Assembly: GCA_003142535.1 (NCBI GenBank)
Contig: PLMQ01000018.1
Span: 25,573-89,572 of the forward strand
From: Syntrophaceae bacterium
Lineage (GTDB): Bacteria > Desulfobacterota > Syntrophia > Syntrophales > Smithellaceae
Length of the DNA stretch: 64,000 nt
Reading direction: 5' to 3'
Both the position numbers and the translations under genes were made by a program. A model generated the notes under the pieces. It ran no database searches. It saw nothing but the letters and a program-made list of their open reading frames with translations, and was not told the DNA's origin. Positions 47,254-57,201 of this stretch are shown in pieces (within the stretch, counting starts at the first letter, position 1; every line of letters starts with the position of its first letter).

Positions 47254-47387
47254 CACCATAAAAAAGCCCATATGCTGGTTTCCACCTTAGGTGGCGTTGC
47301 GCTTCATCCCTCGTCACTGCGGCCTACGGAGAAGTAGGCCTCATTCCTCACGCTTCGCGCGCCTTGCCTCTGGTGCTTTTTATGGCG
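47254..47387. repeat. structured intergenic element F (possible distant family-2 relative)
   Basis: Closing stem CACCATAAAAAAGC/GCTTTTTATGGCG, with inner hairpins CCACC-TTA-GGTGG and GGCCTAC-GGAGAA-GTAGGCC. The segment TTCATCCCTCGTCAC resembles TCATCCTCGAC in copy G. Confidence 0.5.
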
Positions 47388-47430
47388 TCGTTTCATATTT
47401 AATATTTTTGTAATTCTTACGAGTTCATTC

Positions 47431-48087
47431 ATGCAAGATCAGCAAATCAATAATATAATTAAAATTCTGCAAAAGGAGTTGGAAGTGGGTACGCTGCCCA
47501 TTGTCTCGCATTTGGCGGCGGATCAGCGCGATCCTTTTGTCATCTTAATTTCCACACTCTTGAGCTTGCGCACGAAAGATGAAGTTACGGCGGTAGCCAC
47601 AGAAAGGCTATTTACTCTAGGTTCCACACCGCAGGAAATGCTAAAATTGTCATTGAATAAAATCGCTAAAACAATTTATCCTGTTGGTTTTTACCGCGTT
47701 AAAGCACAAACAATTCATCATGTCTGCCGGGAATTAATCAATCGTTTTAATTCCCAAGTTCCCGATAATCTGGATGATTTGCTCAGCATTAAAGGCGTTG
47801 GACGCAAAACGGCGAACCTGGTTATTGCTCTAGCTTACGGTAAAGATGCGATTTGTGTCGATACCCATGTGCATCGAATTTCCAACCGTTTAGGTTATGT
47901 GCAAACAAAAACGCCCGAAGAAACGGAATTTGCTCTGCGGGCAAAGCTGCCCCGCCGCCACTGGATTATTTATAATACCCTTATGGTCGCTTTCGGCCGG
48001 AAAACATGTAAATCTGTTTCGCCGTTCTGCAGCCAATGTCCGGTATTCAAATACTGCGATCGGATAGGCGTTACCCGTAGCCGATAA
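47431..48087 (+). CDS. nth: endonuclease III
   Basis: HhH-GPD motif (LLSIKGVGRKTANLV), catalytic Lys/Asp, and a C-terminal [4Fe-4S] cluster (CKSVSPFCSQCPVFKYC). Confidence 0.9.
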   Translation: MQDQQINNIIKILQKELEVGTLPIVSHLAADQRDPFVILISTLLSLRTKDEVTAVATERLFTLGSTPQEMLKLSLNKIAKTIYPVGFYRVKAQTIHHVCRELINRFNSQVPDNLDDLLSIKGVGRKTANLVIALAYGKDAICVDTHVHRISNRLGYVQTKTPEETEFALRAKLPRRHWIIYNTLMVAFGRKTCKSVSPFCSQCPVFKYCDRIGVTRSR

Positions 48088-48209
48088 ATGCCGCTCCGTG
48101 GTATTTCGTATTTCCATATTTCGGGGACATAACAATTAATTAAGCCTGATTTCTTCATTCGCAAAAGAAATATGTGTCATGTTCCCGGAAATGGGATAAA
48201 AGAAAAAAG

Positions 48210-48238
48210 TTGACGATCTTCCTGCGTTTGTATATCAT
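48210..48238 (+). promoter_or_regulatory. sigma70-type promoter candidate for gap
   Basis: TTGACG, a 17-nt spacer, then TATCAT, about 55 nt upstream of the gap ATG. Confidence 0.4.
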
Positions 48239-48293
48239 TCCGCGTTTTTAAAATAGATACGGATAATTATTAGAATTTTGGCGGAGGTTAAAA

Positions 48294-49298
48294 ATGGCTA
48301 TAAAAATAGCAATTAATGGTTTTGGACGCGTAGGCCGTTATATGATTCGCGCCTGCCTCGACTATAAAAATATTGATATCGTTGCCATCAATTCGCGAGC
48401 CAAAGCTTCGGCGCTTGCGCACTTACTTAAATACGATTCCGTTCACGGTAAAATTAAGGCTGATGTCAGCGCGGATGATAATAATATCATAGTCAACGGC
48501 AAAAAAATTGCTGTTACACAATTTTCCAATCTCGCTGATTTACCCTGGAAGGCAATGGGCGTCGATATCGTCATTGAATCCACCGGCAAATTCCGCAAAG
48601 GCGCCGAACTTGCCGCTCATATTACAGCAGGGGCGAAAAAAGTTATCTTAGCCGTTCCCGGTAAGGGCGTTGACGGCACCTTCGTCATGGGTGTAAACGA
48701 AGAAACCTATGACCATCAAAAACACCATATTATTTCTAACGCCTCCTGCACGACTAACTGCCTCGGGCCAGTAGTAAAAGTAATAAATGAAAAATTCGGT
48801 ATAGTAAAGGGTTTGATGACGACAGTTCACTCCTATACAATGGATCAGCGTCTGCTTGATGGTTCACACAAGGATTTAAGGCGCGGCAGAGCAGCAGCTT
48901 TAAGCATTGTCCCGACTTCCACGGGAGCAGCCAGCGCTATCGGTGACGTCATCCCTACCCTCAAAGGAAAACTGAACGGTATCGCTTTGCGCGTGCCGAC
49001 GCCTAATGTATCTTTGATTGATTTGGCGATAGAAGTAGCGCGCCCTGTTACCGTTGAGGAAATAAACGGAGCGCTAAAAGATGCCGCCGAAAATAAGTTA
49101 AAAGGTATTTTAGCTTATAGCGAAGAAGAACTCGTTTCGGTTGATTTTACAAGCAGTTCTTATTCTTCGATTGTTGATGCACCCCTAACCCAGGTTGTCG
49201 GTGGAACATTGGTTAAAATATTTTCCTGGTATGACAATGAAAGCGGATATAGTTGCAGATTACGTGACTTGGCTATTTATATAGCCGGTAAAGGCTAA
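48294..49298 (+). CDS. gap: glyceraldehyde-3-phosphate dehydrogenase
   Basis: Contains INGFGRVGR and SNASCTTNCL (catalytic Cys). Confidence 0.95.
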   Translation: MAIKIAINGFGRVGRYMIRACLDYKNIDIVAINSRAKASALAHLLKYDSVHGKIKADVSADDNNIIVNGKKIAVTQFSNLADLPWKAMGVDIVIESTGKFRKGAELAAHITAGAKKVILAVPGKGVDGTFVMGVNEETYDHQKHHIISNASCTTNCLGPVVKVINEKFGIVKGLMTTVHSYTMDQRLLDGSHKDLRRGRAAALSIVPTSTGAASAIGDVIPTLKGKLNGIALRVPTPNVSLIDLAIEVARPVTVEEINGALKDAAENKLKGILAYSEEELVSVDFTSSSYSSIVDAPLTQVVGGTLVKIFSWYDNESGYSCRLRDLAIYIAGKG

Positions 49299-50062
49299 TG
49301 GGCAACATGGCTGAAACAATTATTGCGGCAAACTGGAAAATGCATAAAACTATTGGGCAATCAATTGAATTTGCGCGTAGTTTAAAAGATGCGCTATCCA
49401 AAAAGCCGGTTTCAGCGGCAATTGTAATTGCGCCGCCTTTTACCAGTCTGGGGGCATTAAAGCTGGAACTGAAAGACTCGGCGGTTCTCCTTGCCGGTCA
49501 AAACATGAATGCGGTACCGCAAGGAGCTATGACCGGAGAAATCTCCGGTGAAATGCTGTTGGATGCGGGCTGTAAATATTGCATCCTAGGCCACTCGGAG
49601 CGTCGTCTGCATTTTGGTGAAGATGACAGGCTGATCAATGCCAAAGTAATCGCAGCCTTGGAATGTGGTTTAAAACCGGTTTTTTGTATAGGGGAAAAAC
49701 TGGCCGAAAGGGAAGCGGCGGCAACTTTGCAAGTAATTTCCCGGCAGTTAAAAGAAGGATTGAATAAAGTATCGGCCGGTGATATAAAAAAAATCGTAAT
49801 TGCTTACGAGCCTGTCTGGGCAATTGGCACGGGGAAAACGGCAACGCCGCAGCAGGCTCAGGAAGTTCACTTATTTATCCGTAAATTCCTGAATGAAATA
49901 TACGGAGAAAAAGAAGTGGCAGGCGTTTCCCTAATATATGGCGGCAGTGTCAATGCCGAAAACATAGATTCATTAATGGCGCAGACAGAAATTAGCGGAG
50001 TATTAGTCGGTTCGGCAAGTCTTGATCTCGCGTCATTTTTAAGAATAATAAATTTTCAATAA
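49298..50062 (+). CDS. tpiA: triosephosphate isomerase
   Basis: Contains AANWKMH, GHSERR and AYEPVWAIGTG. The start is at 49298 (TAATG overlap with gap) or at the ATG at 49307. Confidence 0.95.
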   Translation: MGNMAETIIAANWKMHKTIGQSIEFARSLKDALSKKPVSAAIVIAPPFTSLGALKLELKDSAVLLAGQNMNAVPQGAMTGEISGEMLLDAGCKYCILGHSERRLHFGEDDRLINAKVIAALECGLKPVFCIGEKLAEREAAATLQVISRQLKEGLNKVSAGDIKKIVIAYEPVWAIGTGKTATPQQAQEVHLFIRKFLNEIYGEKEVAGVSLIYGGSVNAENIDSLMAQTEISGVLVGSASLDLASFLRIINFQ

Positions 50063-50073
50063 GAGGATTTTAT

Positions 50074-50418
50074 ATGCATACATTAATTACAATAGTACAT
50101 GTGTTAGCCTGCTTTGTCCTGATTTTAGTTGTGCTTTTACAGGCAGGCAAAGGCGCAAATATGGGTGCTGCTTTCGGCGGTTCCAGCCAGACAGTTTTTG
50201 GCTCCTCAGGAGCAGGTACTTTCCTGGGTAAGATGACTGCGGCAGTAGCGATAATTTTTATGCTTACTTCTTTAACGCTTACTTACACGGCAACCCATAG
50301 AGGTTCATCGCTGTTTGATCGTTCTAAGGCACCGGTCAGCAGACAGGCTGCGCCGGTTACACCGGCACAAAATCAGGCAAGCCCGGCGACACCTCCGGTA
50401 GCTCCGGCTGGAAAGTAA
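50074..50418 (+). CDS. secG: preprotein translocase subunit SecG
   Basis: N-terminus (LILVVLLQAGKGANMGAAFGG) with a second TM helix. It sits in the classic tpiA-secG-tRNA-Leu context. Confidence 0.85.
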   Translation: MHTLITIVHVLACFVLILVVLLQAGKGANMGAAFGGSSQTVFGSSGAGTFLGKMTAAVAIIFMLTSLTLTYTATHRGSSLFDRSKAPVSRQAAPVTPAQNQASPATPPVAPAGK

Positions 50419-50516
50419 TGAAGCTCTTGGCCAACCATAAAGGGGAGCCTGATGGGAAGCACAGCGCAATTTACACGGGAAATAAAGCTGGTTTAAATAA
50501 ATTTGAAGTTGATGAT

Positions 50517-50603
50517 GCCGAAGTGGTGGAACTTGGTAGACACGCTATCTTGAGGGGGTAGTGGACAAAATCCGTCCGGGTTCAAGTCCCGGCTTCGGCA
50601 CCA
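50517..50603 (+). tRNA. tRNA-Leu (anticodon GAG), CCA encoded
   Basis: Acceptor GCCGAAG/CTTCGGC, anticodon stem CTATC/GGTAG with loop TTGAGGG, a long variable arm, and T-arm CCGGGTTCAAGTCCCGG. Folded by hand. Confidence 0.85.
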
Positions 50604-50859
50604 TTTAATCAATGGTATAGTCCCCAGAGCAAGCTCTGGGCACAATGCCGCAGTAAGCTGCTATGTTTTACAGGATGATGTTTTGTGCCGAAATCAATTT
50701 TAAAGCAGGAAATAGCAATTATGAGCCATCCACGCTCTCCCATTGCCGCTAATTTTTCTCAAATCGGCAAAGCAATTCTGGATTTGCTAAAATCCTAACT
50801 GCCGCCCTCGGCAAAGGTTATATCAAGCCGCCTTTTACAGAAGGGCATGGCTCCAAGAG

Positions 50860-51711
50860 TTAATACCTGTGTTCGTTAATAATCTCCTCTAATTCGGAGC
50901 CATAAGCTCTGACTTTTTCCTGCGGCAGGACTTCACGGAAGTTTTCGCCATACAAAACAAGATCTAATAAAATCTTATCCGGCAAAAACATAAATATGGC
51001 GCGATTTTCATCTTTTGCGCGCTGGAAACGCCAGGTATATAGTTTTTTCAGAAGCTCTTTTTGCAGCTGGTTTAAAGAATAATAACCGGCAACTTTAGTA
51101 TGTCCGCGTCGATCAATTTTCCTTTCCTGCCAATTAGCAGCTGCAATTTTGGCGAAGGCTTCGTGCGCCTTTTCTTCCAAACCGCTTTTCTGTAATTGCG
51201 CCAGTTGTCCTGCGTATAATGCAGAAAGATATTTAACGTCTTCAACGGCATATTGCAATTGCTCATCGGAAAGTGGCCGGTTATCCCAGCGGGAACGCTG
51301 CATCTTCTTGCTTTTTTTTAATTCCATATCCAGAAAGTGATTAATCATTTTCTCCAGTGATAACTGCTGAAAGCCCAAAATATGGGCAGCCCGGTGAGTA
51401 TCAAAAATATTTCTAAATTCGAACCCATAATCCCTTCTCAAAAGCCGAATGTCATTATCAGCAGCATGAAGAACTTTAATAATTTTCCTATCCGCAAAAT
51501 ATTTCCCTAAAAAAGATATATCCAATTTATCTAATGGATCAAAAATATAAGTAGCATTATGAGCTTTAATCTGGATAAGGCACAATACTTCCCGAAAATA
51601 GCGGAACGAATCATATTCCGTATCAATGCTTAAGATAGTACTCTTGTTAAAGTCATCAACCGCAAATTGTAACTTTTTTTGAGTGTTTATTAAAAACCAA
51701 TGTTTATTCAT
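50860..51711 (-). CDS. rnd: ribonuclease D-like 3'-5' exonuclease with HRDC domain
   Basis: Contains ExoI (SIDTEY), ExoII (HAADNDIRLL) and ExoIII (YAVEDVKYL) motifs, plus an HRDC-like C-terminus. Confidence 0.75.
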   Translation of the reverse strand: MNKHWFLINTQKKLQFAVDDFNKSTILSIDTEYDSFRYFREVLCLIQIKAHNATYIFDPLDKLDISFLGKYFADRKIIKVLHAADNDIRLLRRDYGFEFRNIFDTHRAAHILGFQQLSLEKMINHFLDMELKKSKKMQRSRWDNRPLSDEQLQYAVEDVKYLSALYAGQLAQLQKSGLEEKAHEAFAKIAAANWQERKIDRRGHTKVAGYYSLNQLQKELLKKLYTWRFQRAKDENRAIFMFLPDKILLDLVLYGENFREVLPQEKVRAYGSELEEIINEHRY

Positions 51712-51721
51712 AAATCGAAAC

Positions 51722-52516
51722 TTAACCGAAACAGTAATTTAAAGCTATAAAAATGAAGAAAAAAACACTAAGAAAAAATAATGCTATAAAATCTGTACTT
51801 ACCATTCTTAATTCAACAAAAGATGTCCTGGTATCTTGTTGATAGTTTCTTGCTTCCATCGCCACGGCCAATTCATCCGCCCGTCGGAAAACGCCGAGCA
51901 GCACTGCGGCAGTTAAAGACAGGAAGGCTTTTATCCGGAGAATAAATCCTGATTTTTTCTCGTTATAGCCACGGGCTCTCTGGGCAATTTCGATCCTTTC
52001 TTTTTCCGAAAGTAAGACAGGCATCATTCGTAGTGCCAGCATTATCATTACGGCAATAACATCAACAGGTACACGCAATAATTTTAGAGGATATAAATAG
52101 TATTTGATTGCTGCAATAATTTGTGCAGGCGGTGAAGTCATGGTCAGTAGAACTGCTGCTAAAATCAAGCACAAAAACTGCCAGGTAACGAGAAATCCGG
52201 CACTTAATCCCGCGCGGGAAAGTGAAAGCCCAAAGCAGGTAATACTTAAAAAAGCGTTCCCTTCGGTAAACAAGGCGTGAACAAAAAAAATCAGCACAAT
52301 AAAAAATAAAAGAGGCTTAACGGCCTGCGCGATAGTTCGCAACCTTATGCCACTGAAAAATGCTAAGATAATCAACGCAAGACCAAGGAAAACAGAAGGC
52401 AGTGGTTTTGCCGCCAAAATAACAATGCTCAAAACAATTACAGCCGCGAGCTTAATTCTGGGGTCCAGGCGGTAAATAATTGCTCCACCCCGAATATAAG
52501 AGCCGATATGATACAT
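51722..52516 (-). CDS. ECF transporter transmembrane (T) component (CbiQ/BioN-like)
   Basis: 264 aa, polytopic, with an ARG-containing coupling-helix motif (AQRARGY). Lies downstream of the ecfA-like gene. Confidence 0.75.
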   Translation of the reverse strand: MYHIGSYIRGGAIIYRLDPRIKLAAVIVLSIVILAAKPLPSVFLGLALIILAFFSGIRLRTIAQAVKPLLFFIVLIFFVHALFTEGNAFLSITCFGLSLSRAGLSAGFLVTWQFLCLILAAVLLTMTSPPAQIIAAIKYYLYPLKLLRVPVDVIAVMIMLALRMMPVLLSEKERIEIAQRARGYNEKKSGFILRIKAFLSLTAAVLLGVFRRADELAVAMEARNYQQDTRTSFVELRMVSTDFIALFFLSVFFFIFIALNYCFG

Positions 52517-52522
52517 AGCGGA

Positions 52523-53350
52523 TTACCTGGTCTTTACTAATAATTTAATTTGTTCGGTGGCATCTTCCATAGCGACAATATCAGTGCGCACAGGAAAGCC
52601 ATCCAGCTTAAGCCTGATCAGAAGTTCGGTAACTTGTGGTAATTGCATTCCCATTTCCTGGAGCAGGTCAACTTTACCAAAAATATCCTGTGGATCCCCT
52701 TCCATGCTGACGCGGCCTTCATTGATCACAACAACTCTAGATGCCATTGCCGCTTCGTCCATATTATGGGTAATGTGAATTATTCCGACATTTTCGGTAT
52801 TTAGTTTGTCGATTATTTTTAATATTCGCTTTGCGGCTGCAGGATCAAGAAAGGCAGTAGGCTCATCAAAAGCGATATAACGCGGCCGCATAGCCAGGAC
52901 TCCGGCAATAGCTACCAGTCTTTTTTCACCGCCCGAAAGATGTTCGACATTGCGCTTAGCCAGTTCCAAAATGCCAACGCGCTCCAAAGCTTCGGCAACC
53001 CTTTCTTTGATTGCAGCAGTTGGTAACTGCAGATTTTCCGGTCCGAAAGCAACATCTTCTTCTACTGTCATGCCAATAATCTGATTTTCCGGATTTTGGA
53101 AAACCATGCCGACTCGCGATCTTATCTGAATGTGGTTTTCCGTATCACTAGTATTCAATCCATCAATAATTACTTTGCCCTGCCGGGGCAAGATTAAGGC
53201 ATTTAGATGCTGAATCAGCGTAGTTTTCCCGCATCCGTTAGGGCCGATTAATGACAGGTGCTCTCCTTCCTGGATTTCCAGAGAAACACCGCACAGAGCA
53301 TCAATGCCTTCCTGCTCATATCGATAGTAAATGTTATTTATACTTATCAC
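52523..53350 (-). CDS. ECF transporter ATPase (CbiO/BioM-like)
   Basis: Walker A (GPNGCGKTT), signature (LSGGEKRL) and Walker B (IAFDEPT). Confidence 0.85.
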   Translation of the reverse strand: MISINNIYYRYEQEGIDALCGVSLEIQEGEHLSLIGPNGCGKTTLIQHLNALILPRQGKVIIDGLNTSDTENHIQIRSRVGMVFQNPENQIIGMTVEEDVAFGPENLQLPTAAIKERVAEALERVGILELAKRNVEHLSGGEKRLVAIAGVLAMRPRYIAFDEPTAFLDPAAAKRILKIIDKLNTENVGIIHITHNMDEAAMASRVVVINEGRVSMEGDPQDIFGKVDLLQEMGMQLPQVTELLIRLKLDGFPVRTDIVAMEDATEQIKLLVKTR

Positions 53351-53358
53351 GGAAAGTC

Positions 53359-53895
53359 CTAAGTTTTGATTCGGCCTTTAAGCCGGGAAGCAATGATTGC
53401 CGCCAGCAATATCTTGATTATATCACCGGGAATAAAGGGCAATACCCCAACGGTCAGCGCCTCGCGGAAAGTAATTTTGGCGACATATGCGAGCTGTAAG
53501 CTTCCGATAAAATATATAATCAGCATGCCTATGGTCATTGCAAAAATATTCCAGAAGATGCCGGAGTTTTTTTTTACCCCGGAAATCAAGCCAATGACAA
53601 AAGCAGCGATAATAAAACTCAGCAAATAGCCGCCGGTAGGTCCGAAAATAATACCTATACCTGCTTTGCCGCCGTGAAAAACAGGAATTCCTACTATACC
53701 TAAAAGAAGGTAAACAAACTGGCTTAAAGCGCCTAAAGGTCCGCCCAGCAATACGGCTGCTAAGTTTACAAAAAAAGTTTGCGCGGTAATCGGCACAGGA
53801 GGCAGAGGGATAATTATAAAAGCACCCGCTGCAGTAAGCGCTCCGAAAAGCGCTGCGTAAACTATACCTTTAATTGATTTATTACTTGCTGCCAT
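53359..53895 (-). CDS. bioY: biotin transporter S-component BioY
   Basis: 178 aa. ITAQTFFVNLAAVLLG...GGYLLSF is typical of BioY. Confidence 0.85.
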   Translation of the reverse strand: MAASNKSIKGIVYAALFGALTAAGAFIIIPLPPVPITAQTFFVNLAAVLLGGPLGALSQFVYLLLGIVGIPVFHGGKAGIGIIFGPTGGYLLSFIIAAFVIGLISGVKKNSGIFWNIFAMTIGMLIIYFIGSLQLAYVAKITFREALTVGVLPFIPGDIIKILLAAIIASRLKGRIKT

Positions 53896-53924
53896 AAAAC
53901 ATCATTTGCATAATTTATGATCTA

Positions 53925-54074
53925 TTAAAATGTAAATGATACACCGCTTTTAATAATCAAACCGTCAACGGGATAATATAGGTTTTCACCCCACGGGGCC
54001 ATGTCTATACCGTAAGTTGCATATTTTTCATCAGTTAAATTTTCCACGACGGCAAAAGAATATATCTCTTTCCT
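53925..54074 (-). pseudogene. orphan C-terminal fragment of a TonB-dependent receptor
   Basis: A 49-codon open frame ends in SFAVVENLTDEKYATYGIDMAPWGENLYYPVDGLIIKSGVSFTF*. It aligns with the C-terminus of the intact neighbour (FFGVENLANVKYSSFGMYGAPYSDNTYYPMPGITFKGGLSFEF*). A stop codon lies directly upstream and there is no start or plug/barrel. Confidence 0.7.
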
Positions 54075-54182
54075 TTAATTACCTGCAACCAGAAAGATGA
54101 CTTTCGGCAGGAGGTCTATTGTGATGATATATAATGTCGTTCCGAGACGAAAAGTAAATCTTTTTTTCAGAGATGAGTCCCC

Positions 54183-56237
54183 TTAAAACTCAAAGGAAAG
54201 TCCTCCTTTGAAAGTAATCCCCGGCATAGGATAGTAAGTGTTGTCGCTGTAAGGAGCTCCATACATGCCAAAAGATGAATATTTCACATTGGCCAGATTT
54301 TCCACACCAAAGAAAGCAGTCATTTTGACCTTCTCAATAGGTGGTTTATAAGAAAGATAAATATTGAGAAGAGTGTAACTATCTAGCTTTTCACCAACGT
54401 TATCGAAGTCCTGCGACAGAAAGGAATCCCCCACATAGCGCACTTCAGGACGTAACATCAGGTTATAGGGTAGATAAATCTCCAAACCTAAAGTTGCCAT
54501 CCGGTTGGGTACAAGCCACAGCTCCTTTTTATTGTAGGCACCGTTCTCATAAGTGGCTTTATGATAAGTGAAATTACCATACAGCAGGGCTTGTTTTTCC
54601 CACAAGTAGGAAAGGGAAACCTCTGCACCATCATGGCGTGTATTTCCGGTATTTTGATTATAACCCGTCGGGAAAAACCCCACATACTGGATTTCATCCT
54701 CCATATCGATCCTGAACAGGGTCAGTCCTATTTTCAAGTTATTCAGCGGATAGAATTCCATGCCCGCTTCGGTACTGATACCTTTTTCTTTTTCAAGGCT
54801 CTTTAAAAATCCTCCACCGGCGCCATTAAAGGAAGCTACTTCATCGAGAAAAGGAATACGGTAGATGGTACTGTATTTTGCGAAGACCTTCGATTTTTTG
54901 CCCACAAGCCAGGTCAGCCCTGCTTCATATGCTTCGGCATTGTATGTTTTATCCTGATCTGTAAAGCTGTTGGCCGGAGTCACAAAATCCAGATTGGAGC
55001 CCCTGATCGACGCCCGTTCCAGGCGATAACCGGCGCTGAAAATAAGATTTTTCAGAATGCTGAATTCGTCGCGAATATAGCCTCCCAGGCTCTCCCGCGT
55101 AAAATCCGCCATACTTGATTTACTGGTTCTCTCCTGATCACTGTAAAAATATTTCCTGTAGGGTTCGTTATAATAATCAACACCCAAAATCACTTTATTG
55201 TTGAACCCGAAGATTTCTTTAGTCAGAACATACTTTGGCGTAATGCCGTATGTATCCGCGCTCGTGTCGGCAAAGAGAAACCACGATGGCATATTCACCC
55301 CGAGGTCTTTTTTGCCATACAGAAAATTGATTTCGAGTTGTCCCCATGATCCGAAGAATGATTTGATCCCCAGATTAACATTGGTATATTTATCAGAACC
55401 GTCATCGTTCGAATGGGCAGGAGACCAGGGACCACCAGCCGGCTGATATTGGCGCCGATCCTGCTCCATTTGTAGCTTAGTTAAAGCGCCCGGCATTTGA
55501 TAATCAGTTTTAATAAAAGAGACGCCCAGCGAAACGCTAAGCAAATCACTGGCTGTATATCCCAGATCAAAACCGCCGCTCTGCGCCGAATATTTCGAGC
55601 GCTCCCGATAGCCGAAGTTAAAATTATTTTCTCCGTTTGCAGCGTAAGTCCATTTTTCAGTGGCTCCGGTTACGCTAACCCGTTCGTCATTAAGGCCATA
55701 ACTTCCGACAATGGCGGACGCGTTAAACTGCGGTTGGGCCTTGCCTTTCTTGGTGATGATATTAATAACACCGCCGATCGCGGCATCACCGTAAAGAACA
55801 CTTTCCGGACCCCGGACGACTTCAATCCTTTCGATATTATTGACCGGTATCTGCAGCCAGTTGATGGAAGACATATCCGTCCGGTTCAGGCGGCGTCCAT
55901 CCAGCAAAATCAGGGCTTTCCCGTAAGGGTTATCTCCACCCATACCACGCATATCGACGTAGGCTTGGGAGGTATTGCCGCTGGATGTGCGGAATTGGAT
56001 ACTTTCCAGATTATCCAGAACATCAACTACTGTTGTTGCGCCGGATTTGCTGATATCATCTGCCGTGATAATGGTAACATTAGCAGGAGTTTTACGCGTT
56101 TCCTGCTTGTCACGCGTGGCAGTTACAACTATTTCGCCCATTGTTACAGCAGTGTTGTCATCACTTTTATTTTGAGCTTGTGCCTCTGAAAAATTTGCTA
56201 CAGAAAACAACAGAATTAAAAGAAATACTTTCTTCAT
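54183..56237 (-). CDS. TonB-dependent outer-membrane receptor (BtuB-like, B12-riboswitch controlled)
   Basis: Signal peptide (MKKVFLLILLFSVANFSEAQA), TonB box/plug (GEIVVTATR) and terminal ..GLSFEF. The start is set at 56237 behind AAGGAG, because the track's 27-aa extension overlaps the riboswitch. Confidence 0.85.
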   Translation of the reverse strand: MKKVFLLILLFSVANFSEAQAQNKSDDNTAVTMGEIVVTATRDKQETRKTPANVTIITADDISKSGATTVVDVLDNLESIQFRTSSGNTSQAYVDMRGMGGDNPYGKALILLDGRRLNRTDMSSINWLQIPVNNIERIEVVRGPESVLYGDAAIGGVINIITKKGKAQPQFNASAIVGSYGLNDERVSVTGATEKWTYAANGENNFNFGYRERSKYSAQSGGFDLGYTASDLLSVSLGVSFIKTDYQMPGALTKLQMEQDRRQYQPAGGPWSPAHSNDDGSDKYTNVNLGIKSFFGSWGQLEINFLYGKKDLGVNMPSWFLFADTSADTYGITPKYVLTKEIFGFNNKVILGVDYYNEPYRKYFYSDQERTSKSSMADFTRESLGGYIRDEFSILKNLIFSAGYRLERASIRGSNLDFVTPANSFTDQDKTYNAEAYEAGLTWLVGKKSKVFAKYSTIYRIPFLDEVASFNGAGGGFLKSLEKEKGISTEAGMEFYPLNNLKIGLTLFRIDMEDEIQYVGFFPTGYNQNTGNTRHDGAEVSLSYLWEKQALLYGNFTYHKATYENGAYNKKELWLVPNRMATLGLEIYLPYNLMLRPEVRYVGDSFLSQDFDNVGEKLDSYTLLNIYLSYKPPIEKVKMTAFFGVENLANVKYSSFGMYGAPYSDNTYYPMPGITFKGGLSFEF

Positions 56238-56279
56238 GGTTCTTCTCCTTTCCCCCTCGGGATTAAAGTAAGTTGAACC

Positions 56280-56420
56280 GCCATAAAGTCTCCTGGCTTG
56301 CGGCAGCCTACTTTCCACGCCTTCCCAATGCTCTTGGCATCAGTGGCAAAATGTGGATTTCGTTCCGCTTACAGGTGCGGGGCAGCGCCGGCTTTTTACC
56401 GGCTTCCTCTCTTGGCAGTT
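56280..56420 (-). promoter_or_regulatory. cobalamin (B12) riboswitch
   Basis: The minus strand reads ..AGAGGAAGCCGGTAAAAAGCCGGCGCTGCCCCGCACCTGTAAGCGG..GCCACTG..GGGAAGGCG..AAGCCAGGAGAC. This includes the conserved GGAAGCCGGT core and the B12 box (AGCCAGGAGAC, 56288-56298). Confidence 0.8.
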
Positions 56421-56422
56421 CT

Positions 56423-57199
56423 CTAGGTTAGTAATGTCATCCTGGGTAATCCGGTTTGCGGATTTCGGTCTACCAGAACATCAACATCATAAACCTCTTT
56501 TATATTTACCGCGGTTATGACTTCCGCGGGATTTCCTATAGCATAATTTTTACCGCAGTAAAGTAAAATTATGCGGTCAGCATGTTGACTGGCCAAATTT
56601 ATGTCATGGGTGACAAAAATCACCGTAAGATTTTGTTCTTTATTCAACTGGCGCAGTAAAGAAAGAAATTGAACCTGATGTTTTAAATCCAGAAAAACAG
56701 TACTCTCATCAAGCAGCAGTATTTTCGGCTCCTGAGCAAGAGCGCGGGCAATCAAAACACGCTGGCGCTCACCGGTGCTGAGCTCGTCGAATCTGCGGGA
56801 GGCCAGGGCCAGAGTATCCGTCTTTTCCATCGCCTCGCGGACTATCCGGTAATCTTGCATATTTTCAAATGTAAAATTGCTCAAATGCGGAAATCGCCCC
56901 ATGAGCACTATTTCTTCGGCATAAAATGAAAATATGGAAGGAGTTTCCTGCGGCACAATGGCTACTGTTTTAGCTATTTCCCGGCGGCGCCATTGATTCG
57001 TTTCCTTACCATCAATCAGCATTCTCCCCGTATCGGGAAAGAGAATGCCGTTAATAATTTTTAGAAGGGTTGTTTTGCCGGAACCATTAGGTCCGATTAC
57101 TGCCACAACCTGGCCTTCCTCAACCGTAAAAGAGAGGTCATTTAAAACCGGCTTTTCGTCATAACAGAAATTTATATTTTGACCGCAAATCAACGGCAT
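56423..57199 (-). CDS. ABC transporter ATPase (FepC/BtuD-like)
   Basis: Walker A (GPNGSGKTT), signature (LSTGERQR) and Walker B (LLLDEST). Confidence 0.8.
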   Translation of the reverse strand: MPLICGQNINFCYDEKPVLNDLSFTVEEGQVVAVIGPNGSGKTTLLKIINGILFPDTGRMLIDGKETNQWRRREIAKTVAIVPQETPSIFSFYAEEIVLMGRFPHLSNFTFENMQDYRIVREAMEKTDTLALASRRFDELSTGERQRVLIARALAQEPKILLLDESTVFLDLKHQVQFLSLLRQLNKEQNLTVIFVTHDINLASQHADRIILLYCGKNYAIGNPAEVITAVNIKEVYDVDVLVDRNPQTGLPRMTLLT

Positions 57200-57201
57200 A
57201 G

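Noticed and set aside
48294-50062. gap is followed directly by tpiA with no pgk between them
   Set aside because: Gene order varies widely between lineages and pgk can be elsewhere. This is not evidence of anything unusual.
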